Origin: Treponemataceae bacterium
GTDB taxonomy: Bacteria > Spirochaetota > Spirochaetia > Treponematales > Rectinemataceae
NCBI GenBank assembly: GCA_963678065.2
Contig: CAXXVZ010000003.1
Location: forward strand, 608,001-672,000
DNA length: 64,000 nt
Direction of reading: 5' to 3'
The translations under genes were made by a program, and so were the position numbers. A model generated the notes under the pieces. The model ran no database searches, had not been told where the DNA came from, and saw nothing but the letters and a program-made list of their open reading frames with translations. The first letter of the stretch is position 1. Each line of letters opens with the position of its first letter. Positions 9,132 through 19,450 of the stretch are shown one piece after another.

Positions 9132-10739
9132 ATGATGAAACGATGGCTGATCATTCTCACAGTCTGTGCCCTGGCCGTGAACCTGGCGGGCGCCCAAGGG
9201 GCAAACGACGGAAGCAACACGATCCTGAAGGTGGGTTGGCCCTACGAACCGGCCAGCATGGACCCGCACAGGGCAAATGAGGACGCCGCCTACAATGCAC
9301 TGCGGATGATGGTGGAAGGCCTTGTAAGGAACGTCAACGGCGAGGCAGTCCCGGGCATCGCCGAGTCCTGGGAGGTATCGGCCGACAACAAGGAGTATAC
9401 CTTCCACCTTCGCAAAAGCCGTTTCAGCGACGGCAGCCCCGTGACGGCGAAGGATTTCCAATACGGCTTCTTCAGGCTCCTCGACTCCTCGAAGGCTTTC
9501 GCGAAAGCCAACTCCGCCTTTGTCATCAAAAACGCGGAGGCATACTACAAGGGCAAAAGCAAGGCTGAAGATGTCGGCATCGAGGTGAAGAACGACTACA
9601 CCCTGAAGCTTTCCCTGGCCGTGCCGACCTTCCCTCTGGTATTTTCCGACTGGCCCTTCAGCCCGATGAGCAAGGCTTTCGTCGAGGCCAAGGGGGCTGT
9701 CTACGGATCCGAGGCTGCAAATCTGCTCACCAATGGCCCCTTCACCCTCAAGTCCTGGGACCATGATTCGAAGCTGGTTCTCGTCAAGAACGAAAACTAT
9801 TGGGATGCCCGCTCCATCTCTCTTGCCGAGATCGACGCATTCATCAATGCGGCAGGAGATACGGCGGTCGACATGATGCTGGCCAGGCAATTGGACCTCG
9901 TCGAACTCAGCAACCGCAACCAGGTCAAGACACTCACGGACAAGGGCTTTGCCGTGGAGTCCTACGCATCCAACTATCAGTTCCTCCACGTCAACCACAA
10001 GGGCAAGAACGAGAAGACTGGCCGGTTCCTTTCGAACGCCAATTTCCGCAAGGCCCTCAGCTACGCGATAGACCGCCAGGCCCTGGTATCGACCGTGTAC
10101 ACGACCTCAACCCCCTCGACGAGGCTCACCGCACCGAACGAGCGGGGCGTGAAGGGTCGATTCAACCTCGAGTATCCATACACGGGCTTCCAGGTTGACG
10201 ATAACCCCGCGAAGGCCAGGGAGTACCTCGGCCTTGCCTTGAAGGAACTGGGACTCGGCGCGTCCGATATCCCCACCTTCACGATGCTCTGCTTCGATTC
10301 CCAGGGCAGCCTCATGGCACTGCAGGCCATCCAGGACATGCTGAAGAAAAATCTCGGCGTGACCTGCGCGATAGACGCCCAGCCCATACCTTCCATGATC
10401 GCCAAAGTCTACGCGAGCGACTACGATTTGTGGAAGGGCGGCTCCTCGCTCGGCAAGATCGACTGGCTCGACGATATCGCAAAATCCTACCTGAGCAATG
10501 CCGGCGCCCCGTACAACTACAAGAATGCAGCTTTTGACTTCCTCTATCAAAAGGCCTCCATGGCGACCAACTGGAAAGAGCGAAAAGACAGGATGTTCGA
10601 TCTTGAAAAGTATTATTGCGACAATGTGGTCGACCTTCTCCTGAATTGGCAGCAGGTATATGTCGTCTACAACCCGAAACTCGGTGGTATGTACATGGCT
10701 ACGTATCTCGACTATTCGCAGGCGGACTTCAAGAAATAG
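9132..10739 (+). CDS. oppA: Oligopeptide ABC transporter substrate-binding protein
   Basis: Signal peptide; SMDPH, PGIAESWEVS, FSDGSPVTAKDF, NGPF and KNENYWD motifs. Confidence 0.92.
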   Translation: MMKRWLIILTVCALAVNLAGAQGANDGSNTILKVGWPYEPASMDPHRANEDAAYNALRMMVEGLVRNVNGEAVPGIAESWEVSADNKEYTFHLRKSRFSDGSPVTAKDFQYGFFRLLDSSKAFAKANSAFVIKNAEAYYKGKSKAEDVGIEVKNDYTLKLSLAVPTFPLVFSDWPFSPMSKAFVEAKGAVYGSEAANLLTNGPFTLKSWDHDSKLVLVKNENYWDARSISLAEIDAFINAAGDTAVDMMLARQLDLVELSNRNQVKTLTDKGFAVESYASNYQFLHVNHKGKNEKTGRFLSNANFRKALSYAIDRQALVSTVYTTSTPSTRLTAPNERGVKGRFNLEYPYTGFQVDDNPAKAREYLGLALKELGLGASDIPTFTMLCFDSQGSLMALQAIQDMLKKNLGVTCAIDAQPIPSMIAKVYASDYDLWKGGSSLGKIDWLDDIAKSYLSNAGAPYNYKNAAFDFLYQKASMATNWKERKDRMFDLEKYYCDNVVDLLLNWQQVYVVYNPKLGGMYMATYLDYSQADFKK

Positions 10740-10837
10740 AAAAGTCATTTCAGAAAAAAACGTGGCGTCAGCCGCCGGATTCCATGATCAGGGCCGGCGG
10801 CCGCTTACGTCGAGGGAAAGGGGGCGGTGGACAATCG

Positions 10838-11752
10838 ATGCTCGGCTATATATGGCGAAAACTGGTGACGGCTGTCGCAACGGTCCTCATCCTGGCCACT
10901 CTGACCTTTTTCCTTGTCAAGTTGCTTCCCGGGAATCCTTTCCTGAGCGAAACCGTTCCCGAGGTCATCCAGCAGAAACAGCGGGAATACTACGGGCTCG
11001 ACAAGCCAGTATACGTACAATACTTCCACTACATGAAAAACCTTCTGCGCGGCGACTTGGGCTATTCGCTCAAGAAGGTGGGAAGAAGCGTAGTGACGAT
11101 CATCACGGAAAGCTTTCCCGTATCAGCCAGGCTCGGCTTGATTTCGTTCATAATCAGCGAATCCATTGGTATCCTTTTCGGGATACTGTGCGCCCAATTC
11201 AAGAACAAGTGGCCCGACTACCTCTTGATGATAGTGGCGATCCTCGGTATTGCCCTGCCGGCGATGGTGCTCGGTCCCCTCCTGCGCTTCCTCCTGGGAG
11301 TCAAGCTGAGGATCCTTCCGGTGACAGGATGGGGAAGCCTGAAGCAGCTTGTCATGCCCGCCTTCGTCCTGGGCATGGGAACCATTGCCGTCACAACGCG
11401 CAACATGCGCGCCAGCATGCTCGGCGTAACCACGCAGGATTACATCAAAACCGCCCGGTCCAAGGGGATTTCTCCCATCCGGGTCGTCATGAAGCACGAG
11501 TTCAAAAATTCCCTCGTGCCCATCATCACGAACATGGGCGTGCAGATTGCGTCGGTCCTGACCGGTTCCTTCGTGGTGGAGAGCATTTTCCTGATACCCG
11601 GCCTCGGAAAGCACTTTGTGGACTCGATAACGACGCTGGACTATACGCTGATCATGGGTCTCACCATTTTTTACGGGACCTTCCTCGTCGTCATGAATTT
11701 GCTCGTTGACCTCCTGTATGGATTCATTGATCCCAGGATTCGCCTGAAGTGA
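10838..11752 (+). CDS. oppB: Oligopeptide ABC transporter permease
   Basis: LPGNPF, YGLDKP..QY, GDLGYS, DYIKTARSKG, ends DPRIRLK. Confidence 0.93.
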   Translation: MLGYIWRKLVTAVATVLILATLTFFLVKLLPGNPFLSETVPEVIQQKQREYYGLDKPVYVQYFHYMKNLLRGDLGYSLKKVGRSVVTIITESFPVSARLGLISFIISESIGILFGILCAQFKNKWPDYLLMIVAILGIALPAMVLGPLLRFLLGVKLRILPVTGWGSLKQLVMPAFVLGMGTIAVTTRNMRASMLGVTTQDYIKTARSKGISPIRVVMKHEFKNSLVPIITNMGVQIASVLTGSFVVESIFLIPGLGKHFVDSITTLDYTLIMGLTIFYGTFLVVMNLLVDLLYGFIDPRIRLK

Positions 11753-11759
11753 GGAAGGA

Positions 11760-12692
11760 ATGACGCAGCAAGACAGGTGCTTTATGGAGGATGATTTCCT
11801 CCCCCTCCCTCAGGACAGCATGGAGACCGACGCGGTGGTCAGGAAATCCACGAGCTTCGCCAAGGATGTCTGGCGGAGTTTCCGCAAGAGCGCGACCGCG
11901 GTCGCGAGCCTGGTGATTCTCTCCATCCTGGTCTTCTTTGTCATCTTCGGCCCGCTGATGACCAGGTACGACTACTTCAGCAACGACTACGGCGCCGCCA
12001 ATTCCCCGCCGAGCTCGGCGCACTGGTTCGGAACGGACGCGCTCGGGCGCGACCTGTGGACCCGCGTCTGGGTGGGCGGGCGGGTATCCCTCCTTATCGC
12101 CCTCCTGGCCACCGTCATCCCCTATCTCATCGGAATGACCATCGGGGGGATCTCCGGCTACTTCGGCGGAAAACTCGATCAGATAATCATGCGCGGCATA
12201 GACGTTCTCATAGGGATCCCGCCGCTCATCTACATGATACTCATCATGGTGATACTCGGCAGCGGGAACATAATGACCCTGGTGCTCGCCATGTCCATCA
12301 CCGGATGGATGGGATCGGCCCGCCTGACCCGAGGCCTCATTCTCCAGCTGAAATCCAGGGAATTCGTGGTCGCCAGCGAGACCCTGGGAGCCTCGCCGTT
12401 CAGACTGATCTTCAGGCATCTCATTCCCAACACCCTCGGGATAATGGTGGTCGGCATGACGCTGACTATGCCCTCGATCATCTTCTACGAGGCCTTCCTG
12501 AGCTACATCGGCCTCGGAATCAAGCCGCCGAACCCAAGCTGGGGGCAACTGATCAAGATAGCGTCGGAGATTTTCCGCTACTATCCCTACCAGTTCGTCT
12601 TTCCCTGCCTCTGCGTGAGCATCGCCATGCTCTGTTTCAACATGATCGGCGATGGCTTGCGCGATGCGCTGGACCCGAAGCTGAGGTCCTGA
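11760..12692 (+). CDS. oppC: Oligopeptide ABC transporter permease
   Basis: HWFGTDALGRD, RHLIPN, PPNPSWG, GDGLRDALDP. Confidence 0.93.
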   Translation: MTQQDRCFMEDDFLPLPQDSMETDAVVRKSTSFAKDVWRSFRKSATAVASLVILSILVFFVIFGPLMTRYDYFSNDYGAANSPPSSAHWFGTDALGRDLWTRVWVGGRVSLLIALLATVIPYLIGMTIGGISGYFGGKLDQIIMRGIDVLIGIPPLIYMILIMVILGSGNIMTLVLAMSITGWMGSARLTRGLILQLKSREFVVASETLGASPFRLIFRHLIPNTLGIMVVGMTLTMPSIIFYEAFLSYIGLGIKPPNPSWGQLIKIASEIFRYYPYQFVFPCLCVSIAMLCFNMIGDGLRDALDPKLRS

Positions 12693-12693
12693 C

Positions 12694-13758
12694 ATGAAAC
12701 CCGAGACAAAGGGAGCGAAGACGCCGATGGATGCAAAGCCGATCCTGTCCGTCAATAATCTGGCGGTCTCATTCGACACCTACCAGGGGGAGGTGCAGGC
12801 CGTCCGCGGCGTCACCTGGCATCTCGGGAAGGGGGAGACCATCGCCATCGTCGGCGAATCGGGCTGCGGAAAGACTGTTTCGATTCAGACCGTCCTCCGG
12901 ACGAACCCCAAAGGCGTCGGAAGGGTCAAGAGCGGGGAGATCCTCTTCGACGGCGAGAATCTCCTGGCGAAGTCGGCGAAGGAGATGAGGGCCTATCAGG
13001 GAAACAGGATGTCCATCATATTCCAGGATCCCTTCACCTACCTCAATCCGACGATGACTGTTGGGGATCAGATAATCGAGAACTACCGGCAGCACAGAGT
13101 GGCCACGAGGCAGGAAGCCGAGCACCGGGTCCTGGAGATCATGCGCTTGGTCAACATGCCCTCCCCGGAGAAGAACATGCGACGGTATCCCCACCAGCTC
13201 TCGGGCGGGATGCGCCAGCGCATCATGATAGCCATCGCCATCATCTGCGGCCCCGAGATACTCTTCGCGGACGAGCCCACGACGGCGCTGGATGTCACTA
13301 TCCAGGCACAGGTCATCGACTTGATGAACGGGCTCAAGGCGAAGCTGAATACGGCCATTGTCCTGATCACCCACGACATGGGAGTGGTCGCCAACATGGC
13401 CGACAGGATTTACATAATGTACGCTGGCAAGATCGTCGAGCATGGAAGGTCGGACGACATCTTCAAGGGAAGCGCCCATCCCTATACAAAAGGACTTCTG
13501 GGCTCAGTCCCGCGGGTGGACCGCAAGACTGATGAGGATCTGTACTCCATCAGGGGTGCGCCTCCCGACCTGATAGCCCCGCCTCCCGGATGCGCCTTCG
13601 CCTCGAGGTGCCGATACGCGATGAACATATGCGTCAGGGCCGAGCCCGAATCTGTGCATCTCGGGGATTCCGGCCATTTCTCGGCCTGCTGGCTCAACCA
13701 TCCCGCCTTCACTCGCGACGCGAGGGGAGAGCGGGGGGCGGAAGTGCGTCATGGTTAG
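12694..13758 (+). CDS. oppD: Oligopeptide ABC transporter ATPase
   Basis: GESGCGKT, YPHQLSGGMRQR, DEPTTALDV, HPYT and C-terminal Cys motif. Start could be 12727. Confidence 0.93.
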   Translation: MKPETKGAKTPMDAKPILSVNNLAVSFDTYQGEVQAVRGVTWHLGKGETIAIVGESGCGKTVSIQTVLRTNPKGVGRVKSGEILFDGENLLAKSAKEMRAYQGNRMSIIFQDPFTYLNPTMTVGDQIIENYRQHRVATRQEAEHRVLEIMRLVNMPSPEKNMRRYPHQLSGGMRQRIMIAIAIICGPEILFADEPTTALDVTIQAQVIDLMNGLKAKLNTAIVLITHDMGVVANMADRIYIMYAGKIVEHGRSDDIFKGSAHPYTKGLLGSVPRVDRKTDEDLYSIRGAPPDLIAPPPGCAFASRCRYAMNICVRAEPESVHLGDSGHFSACWLNHPAFTRDARGERGAEVRHG

Positions 13759-14719
13759 CGACAAGCTCCTGGAAATCCAGGATCTGAAGGTGTTCTACCG
13801 CATTGACAAGGGAGTCCTGAAGGCCGTCAACGGCCTCAGTCTCGCCATAAAGAGAGGGACGACCACCGGCCTCGTGGGTGAGTCCGGCTGCGGAAAAACC
13901 ACGCTGGGGAAGAGCATACTCAGGCTGCACAGGCCGGACGAGGGGCGGATACTCTTCAAGGGCAGGGATATCTGGACGCTCGACCGGAAGGAAAGGAAGC
14001 GTTTCCGCAAAGAGGTTCAGATGATCTTTCAGGATCCCTACGCCTCGCTGGATCCCCTGTGCGTCGTCAGCGACATCGTCGCCGAGGGCATGGACATCCA
14101 CGGCCTCTATCCGGGAAGCGAAAGGCGAAGCCGCGTGCTCGAACTCCTGCGGCTGGTGGGCCTGAACGAGGGGCACGCCAACCGCTTCCCCCACGAATTT
14201 TCCGGGGGCCAGCGGCAGCGGATCGGCATAGCGCGGGCGCTGGCGGTTGAGCCCGAATTGATCGTCTGCGACGAGCCCATTTCCGCCCTCGATGTCTCCA
14301 TCCAGGCGCAGATCGTGAACCTGATCAAGCAACTGCAGAAGAAGATGAACCTGTCTCTCCTCTTCATCACCCACGATTTGTCCATGGTCAGGCACATCTC
14401 GGACCAGATCGCTGTCATGTACCTCGGATCCCTGATGGAGTTGGCGCCGAGCGACAGTCTGTACGAAAAGAGCTATCACCCCTACACCAAGGCTCTCCTG
14501 TCAGCCATCCCCGTCGCCGATCCGGATGTGGAGCGGGGACGAAAGCGGATACTCCTGGCCGGAGACGTGCCCAGCCCGATCAACCTTGGCGAAGGCTGCA
14601 GCTTCAACAAGAGATGCGCCTACGCGAGCGACATCTGTCTTTCCCGGAGACCCGAACTGCGGGAGCGCGGGCCGGGGCATTTTGTGGCATGCCACAATGT
14701 CGACACCATAAATCAATGA
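13751..14719 (+). CDS. oppF: Oligopeptide ABC transporter ATPase
   Basis: GESGCGKT, FPHEFSGGQRQRIGIARAL, DEPISALDVS, HFVACH. Confidence 0.93.
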   Translation: MVSDKLLEIQDLKVFYRIDKGVLKAVNGLSLAIKRGTTTGLVGESGCGKTTLGKSILRLHRPDEGRILFKGRDIWTLDRKERKRFRKEVQMIFQDPYASLDPLCVVSDIVAEGMDIHGLYPGSERRSRVLELLRLVGLNEGHANRFPHEFSGGQRQRIGIARALAVEPELIVCDEPISALDVSIQAQIVNLIKQLQKKMNLSLLFITHDLSMVRHISDQIAVMYLGSLMELAPSDSLYEKSYHPYTKALLSAIPVADPDVERGRKRILLAGDVPSPINLGEGCSFNKRCAYASDICLSRRPELRERGPGHFVACHNVDTINQ

Positions 14720-14794
14720 GCCGCCCGCGAGCTGAAACGCGACAATCCCGAGATCCCTCGGCTGGTCGAAGGCCATACCTGGAGAAGCGTCTAT

Positions 14795-16012
14795 ATGAGA
14801 TATGATTTTGATACTGCCGTCGATCGATCCGGCATCGGCAACATGATCGAGGAGTGGCAACCTCCGGCAATCCGCGACGCCGGCCTGACGAGCTATTGGG
14901 GGGCCGAGTTCGGCTTCAGGACAGCGCCTGCCATAGTCGACGCGGTGAGGAAGGCCGCTGACAACGGATTGCTCGGATTCACCATATTGACGCCGGAATA
15001 CCTCGACCGGGTCGTCTGGTGGTTCGAGAACCGGAGAGGCGCACGGATACGACCCGAGTGGATACTGCCCACCCACGGGGTGATTTTTTCGCTCGCCACC
15101 TCGATCCGCGCCTTCACGGGGCCGGAGGAGTCGATCATCACGCTCACTCCCGGCTACCGGAGATACAACCAGGCGGCCGGGCGCCTGGGGAGAAAGGTTG
15201 CCGAGAGCCCGCTAGTCCTGAAAAAGGGCCGGTATCACATCGACTTCGAAGACCTCGAGGCGAGGATGAGCGAATCGGGGAACAGACTCCTCGTCCTCTG
15301 CAATCCGAACAATCCCACGGGCACCATCTGGGGAATCCATGATCTGGAGAGGATAGCCGAGCTCGCGGCAAGACACGATGTGCTTGTGTTCAGCGATGAG
15401 ATATTTGCGGAGGTCGTCTTCGGCGAGGCCTCGATCCCGCCATATCATACGGTCGCCGGGGAAGGCGCCCAGAGCATCACCTGCAGCTCCCTCGGCAAGT
15501 GTTTCGGGCTCACGGGCGTCAATCATTCAAATGTCGTCATCCCCGACGCAAGTTTGAGAGAGCGTTTTTTGCTCCAGCGGAATTCCGACCATTACGGAAG
15601 CATCGACCCCTTCCTCCACGCTGCGCTCCTTGGCGCCTACACCGAAGAAGGGGCGGCCTGGCTCGATGCCATGCTGGAATACGTATGGGACAATTATCTG
15701 TTCATCGATTCCTTTTTCAGGGAGCGCCTTCCGGCCGTGTCGGTCCTCAGGCCGGAGGGGACCTACGTCCTGTGGATCGATTTCCGGGGTCTCGGACTGG
15801 CGGCGGGGGAGCTCAATCGATTCCTTCTCGAAGAGGCTCTCCTCTGCCTCGACCCGGGAGAGAACTACGGAGGACCCGCCGGATATATGCGCATGAACAT
15901 TTCCGTACCGCGGCGTGAAATCGAACGTTCCCTCGAACTTCTGCTCGAGGCCGCACGCGCCCGAAGCCTCGGTAAATCGGGCGATACAAGAACAAGCGAG
16001 GACGAGCCATGA
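14795..16012 (+). CDS. MalY/PatB family PLP-dependent C-S lyase/aminotransferase
   Basis: YDFDTAVDRSG, LCNPNNPTG, FSDEIF, SLGK (PLP Lys), EGTYVLWIDF, MRMN. Confidence 0.88.
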   Translation: MRYDFDTAVDRSGIGNMIEEWQPPAIRDAGLTSYWGAEFGFRTAPAIVDAVRKAADNGLLGFTILTPEYLDRVVWWFENRRGARIRPEWILPTHGVIFSLATSIRAFTGPEESIITLTPGYRRYNQAAGRLGRKVAESPLVLKKGRYHIDFEDLEARMSESGNRLLVLCNPNNPTGTIWGIHDLERIAELAARHDVLVFSDEIFAEVVFGEASIPPYHTVAGEGAQSITCSSLGKCFGLTGVNHSNVVIPDASLRERFLLQRNSDHYGSIDPFLHAALLGAYTEEGAAWLDAMLEYVWDNYLFIDSFFRERLPAVSVLRPEGTYVLWIDFRGLGLAAGELNRFLLEEALLCLDPGENYGGPAGYMRMNISVPRREIERSLELLLEAARARSLGKSGDTRTSEDEP

Positions 16013-17211
16013 AGAAGTATGTCCTGAAGGGAAGGATCATAGACGCCGTTTCGGACCAGGCACTGGAAAAGGGCCTCGTGTGCTTCGGAGAGACAATTGA
16101 ATACGTCGGTTCCGGGCTGGGCTTCGACATCCCCGCGGAAGCCGAGGTCATAGATGTTGGGAGCGGGACCATCCTGCCCGGATTCATCGACTGCCACGCC
16201 CACCTCACGGGAGAACAGGACTCAGGAGGCTCCGAGTTCTTCGGAGATCAGCTTCTCGGCGCCGCCTACCAGATGGGGCTCCTCCTCGACTCAGGCTTCA
16301 CAGGGCTGCGGGAAATGAGCGAGGCCGGTCTCTACCTCTCCCGCGCCGTCGAGCGGGGAGCGCTTAAGGGGCCACGCATCCTGCCGGGAGGCAAAATCCT
16401 CGGAATAACGGGCGGCCACGTGGACGCGACGCTCCACCTGTCCAAAGAGTTTTCCAACGCGCACAGTCATTCCCACCGGCTCGTGGACGGCGTCGACGAC
16501 TGCGTCCTCGGCGTGAGGGAGCAGTTCCGCGCCGGCGCCAAGTTCATAAAGATATGCGCTACCGGAGGCGTCTCCTCCCCGGGCGACCGCATCGACGACG
16601 TCCAGTTCTCCCCCGAAGAATTGAAGGCGATCGTCGACGAGACGAGGCGCCACCACGGCTACGTCGCCGCCCATTGCACGGGCAACGAAGGCGCCTTCCA
16701 GGCGCTGAAGGCAGGGGTTTCGAGCATCGAGCACGGCGTCTTCCTCACCCAGCGGGAGATCGACCTCATGGCCGAGCTCGGCGTCCCCCTCGTCACGACG
16801 CTCGCGGTATCCCTGGGGGTCGCCAATTTGCCTAATCTTCCGCCATGGATGGCGGAGAAGGCTAAGGATTGCGCCGAGGCCAACGTGAAGACCATCGCCA
16901 TGGCCAGGAAGGCGGGAGTCAGGATCGTCCTCGGCACCGATTTCGGCAATACAAAGAATTTCCCCTATCTCGACAATGGCGCCGAGTTTGTGGCCATGAC
17001 GCAGGCGGGCATGACGTCCATGGAGGCGATCGTGGCTGGCACGGCCAACGCCGCGCGCCTTATGATGGACGACCGCATCGGAAGCCTCGAGGCCGGCAAG
17101 CTGGCCGACATCGTCGTAGCGAGCGGGAATCCGCTCGAGAATATCAGCGTGCTGAAAGGCGCCCGGAACATCGCGATGCTGTTCAAGGGCGGAAAGCGGA
17201 TGAAGGGATAG
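16009..17211 (+). CDS. Amidohydrolase family protein (Xaa-Pro dipeptidase/carboxypeptidase-like)
   Basis: PGFIDCHAH, FIKICATGG, AAH, IEHG, GTD, GKLADIV. Confidence 0.88.
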   Translation: MKKYVLKGRIIDAVSDQALEKGLVCFGETIEYVGSGLGFDIPAEAEVIDVGSGTILPGFIDCHAHLTGEQDSGGSEFFGDQLLGAAYQMGLLLDSGFTGLREMSEAGLYLSRAVERGALKGPRILPGGKILGITGGHVDATLHLSKEFSNAHSHSHRLVDGVDDCVLGVREQFRAGAKFIKICATGGVSSPGDRIDDVQFSPEELKAIVDETRRHHGYVAAHCTGNEGAFQALKAGVSSIEHGVFLTQREIDLMAELGVPLVTTLAVSLGVANLPNLPPWMAEKAKDCAEANVKTIAMARKAGVRIVLGTDFGNTKNFPYLDNGAEFVAMTQAGMTSMEAIVAGTANAARLMMDDRIGSLEAGKLADIVVASGNPLENISVLKGARNIAMLFKGGKRMKG

Positions 17212-17228
17212 CCGGGCGGGAGCGAATA

Positions 17229-18170
17229 ATGAACGTGATCGAAGAAAAGGAAGTATGCGAGGTCTTGTCGATGGAGACCTGCATCGAGCTCATGGAGAGA
17301 ACCCTGGCCGACCTCGCCGACGGCCGATACATTCAGCCTCCCAGGTCAGTCCTTCGCCTTCCGGGGGATGATCTCTTCGGGTTCATGCCCGCCTGCCTCG
17401 GCGAGGGCGACTACTTCGGCGCGAAGGTCATCACCGCCTTTCACCGGAACGCGGGGACCGGGTACCCGTCGCACATGGGCTACGTGATGCTCTTCGAGTC
17501 CGGGCACGGCAGTCTCGTGGCCATGGTCGACGCGACCAGCATCACCAGAATCCGGACCGGCGCGGTGAGCGCGGTCGCCACGAGGCTCCTCGCCCGCGTG
17601 GAGGCCCCGATCCTCGCTCTCGTCGGCTCAGGCGAGCAGGCTCGTTCGCATATCGAGGCCGTCAGGCTCGTGCGGAACATCGAGCGGGTCAATGTGTACG
17701 ACATTTCGGCGGAGCGGGCCCTGGCCTTCGCCCGGGAGGCGGAGGAGAAGTACGGCTTGCCCGTCCACGTGTTCCCTTCCGTCGAAGAGACGGTGCGGGA
17801 CGCGGACATCATATGCACGCTCACCCCCAGCGCCGAGCCCATCCTGAGGCTCGAGTGGGTGAAACCCGGCGCCCATGTCAACGCCGTGGGCGCCTTCAGC
17901 CCGGACAAGCGAGAGGTGAGTTCCGATCTCGTGGCGGCGTCGAAACTATACGCCGACGAGGTCGGGGCGATGAAAAGAGAGTGCGGGGAATATATCATCC
18001 CCGCCCGGGAAGGGCTCTTCGACGAGCGTCACATACAGGGATCGATAGGGGACATCATACTGGGCAGCGCCCCCGGGCGGCTGAACGAGACGGACATCAC
18101 CCTGTTCAGCGCCTTGGGACAGGCTGTCGAGGATGTAGCCTGCGCCAAGTATGTGTATCTGTGTCGGTAA
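17229..18170 (+). CDS. Ornithine cyclodeaminase/mu-crystallin family protein
   Basis: MPA, GAKVIT, ITRIRTGAVSAVAT, GSGEQA, HVNAVGA, GQAVEDV. Confidence 0.9.
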   Translation: MNVIEEKEVCEVLSMETCIELMERTLADLADGRYIQPPRSVLRLPGDDLFGFMPACLGEGDYFGAKVITAFHRNAGTGYPSHMGYVMLFESGHGSLVAMVDATSITRIRTGAVSAVATRLLARVEAPILALVGSGEQARSHIEAVRLVRNIERVNVYDISAERALAFAREAEEKYGLPVHVFPSVEETVRDADIICTLTPSAEPILRLEWVKPGAHVNAVGAFSPDKREVSSDLVAASKLYADEVGAMKRECGEYIIPAREGLFDERHIQGSIGDIILGSAPGRLNETDITLFSALGQAVEDVACAKYVYLCR

Positions 18171-18254
18171 AACGCGTTGAACGTCCAGCACATGCTCTAA
18201 ACTTGCGTCGGAGCCCTGCTCTCCGTCGATGTTTGTATTCCGATGATCACACCG

Positions 18255-19325
18255 CTAATCGGACCACCTGCGGATAAACGCAAGTATTTCCTTCGCCTGG
18301 TCCATCGAAGGCGACACGATATTGAAAAACAAGCCTCGGGCAGGCACGTTCTTCTTTATCAGCTCCAGATCGGCGATTGAATAGTCTCCCCACAATATGA
18401 GGTTTTTCTTTTCCGCGATCCGTTTGAGGAAGGGCAACATTTGCCCGACATCTGGACCTCCTGAGTCCTTGTTGACTTCGATCGCTCTGAGCCCTTCGTT
18501 CGCGAGGAGTTGGTCGAGGATGAAGAACGAAGCGGGATGGAGATGGACGGCAGTGTACTCGTGGTCCCGGCAGATCGATCGGGCCGGTTCGTCGAGGAAG
18601 CTCCCGTACATTTTCGGCGACATGATCGCCGACAGATCGTCCTGGAACCAGATCGACGAGCCGGGGCAGAAAACATGGTAGAATCCCAAACATGTTCCGC
18701 CGTGAAAAGGCGGAATCTGTTTTTTCTGTTCGCGGATTACCGTCAAAAATGCCTCTGCAACCTTCAGGAAAAAGGTTTTCATTCGCTCCGGTTCGTCGGC
18801 GAGAGCGAAGACCATCTCGGTCTGGCCAAGAATGGCGCCGACGATGTCCGATGGTCCCCGCATGATGGGCATGCCAACCGTGAACCGCCCCTTCCCCAGG
18901 TCGACGAGCCTTCGGGTAAACTCCAGGTACTTTTGAAGCCAAGGATTGTCCAGATCGATACGTATGCTTTCGATCCCATCTAGAGATCGGAGACAGGAGC
19001 GGGTGGAAAAACTTTCCCCGTTTGCGTAAACCTCGCACCCGAGGATGGCTTCCATCCAGGGAATTCCTGTAAAGGGTTCGGCTGTCCAGAACCCATCCTG
19101 CCCCAATGATTCGGTTTCGGCGAACATTCGCTCGTAGTCCGAAAGAAAGTCTTCGACCACGAGCATATCAGGGGTTATCCTCTTGTTTTGAACCAGAAAT
19201 GGTTTTGCGGCCTCGAAATGACGGCTGAAGAAATAATCGCCGATTCGAAACGAAGCCGGCGGATAGGGTAGGGGCAAACGGTTCCAGTATCGTCGATGAA
19301 GATCGAGTCGGGATTCGATGGTCAT
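18255..19325 (-). CDS. Uroporphyrinogen decarboxylase / MtaA-like TIM-barrel protein
   Basis: WMEAILGC, MRGPSD, QDDLSAIMSPKMY..F and HLH motifs; GAAGGAG RBS before MTIESR. Confidence 0.65.
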   Translation of the reverse strand: MTIESRLDLHRRYWNRLPLPYPPASFRIGDYFFSRHFEAAKPFLVQNKRITPDMLVVEDFLSDYERMFAETESLGQDGFWTAEPFTGIPWMEAILGCEVYANGESFSTRSCLRSLDGIESIRIDLDNPWLQKYLEFTRRLVDLGKGRFTVGMPIMRGPSDIVGAILGQTEMVFALADEPERMKTFFLKVAEAFLTVIREQKKQIPPFHGGTCLGFYHVFCPGSSIWFQDDLSAIMSPKMYGSFLDEPARSICRDHEYTAVHLHPASFFILDQLLANEGLRAIEVNKDSGGPDVGQMLPFLKRIAEKKNLILWGDYSIADLELIKKNVPARGLFFNIVSPSMDQAKEILAFIRRWSD

Positions 19326-19450
19326 GGTTGGCGCTCCTTCCGAAACGGGAGAGCTCAGATTGAGAGCGTCCCGTCCGCTTGTTTCGGGAATTACAGCATG
19401 TTGTAAATCATGGGGGCGCAGGAGTAGGTCTCCGCGCTCCCCGCCCTGAA

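Noticed and set aside
6387..14479. Many long antisense or off-frame ORFs over tld/opp (e.g. 6387-7532, 10660-11709, 11724-12779)
   Set aside because: They overlap well-supported genes and are expected from high GC3 codon bias.
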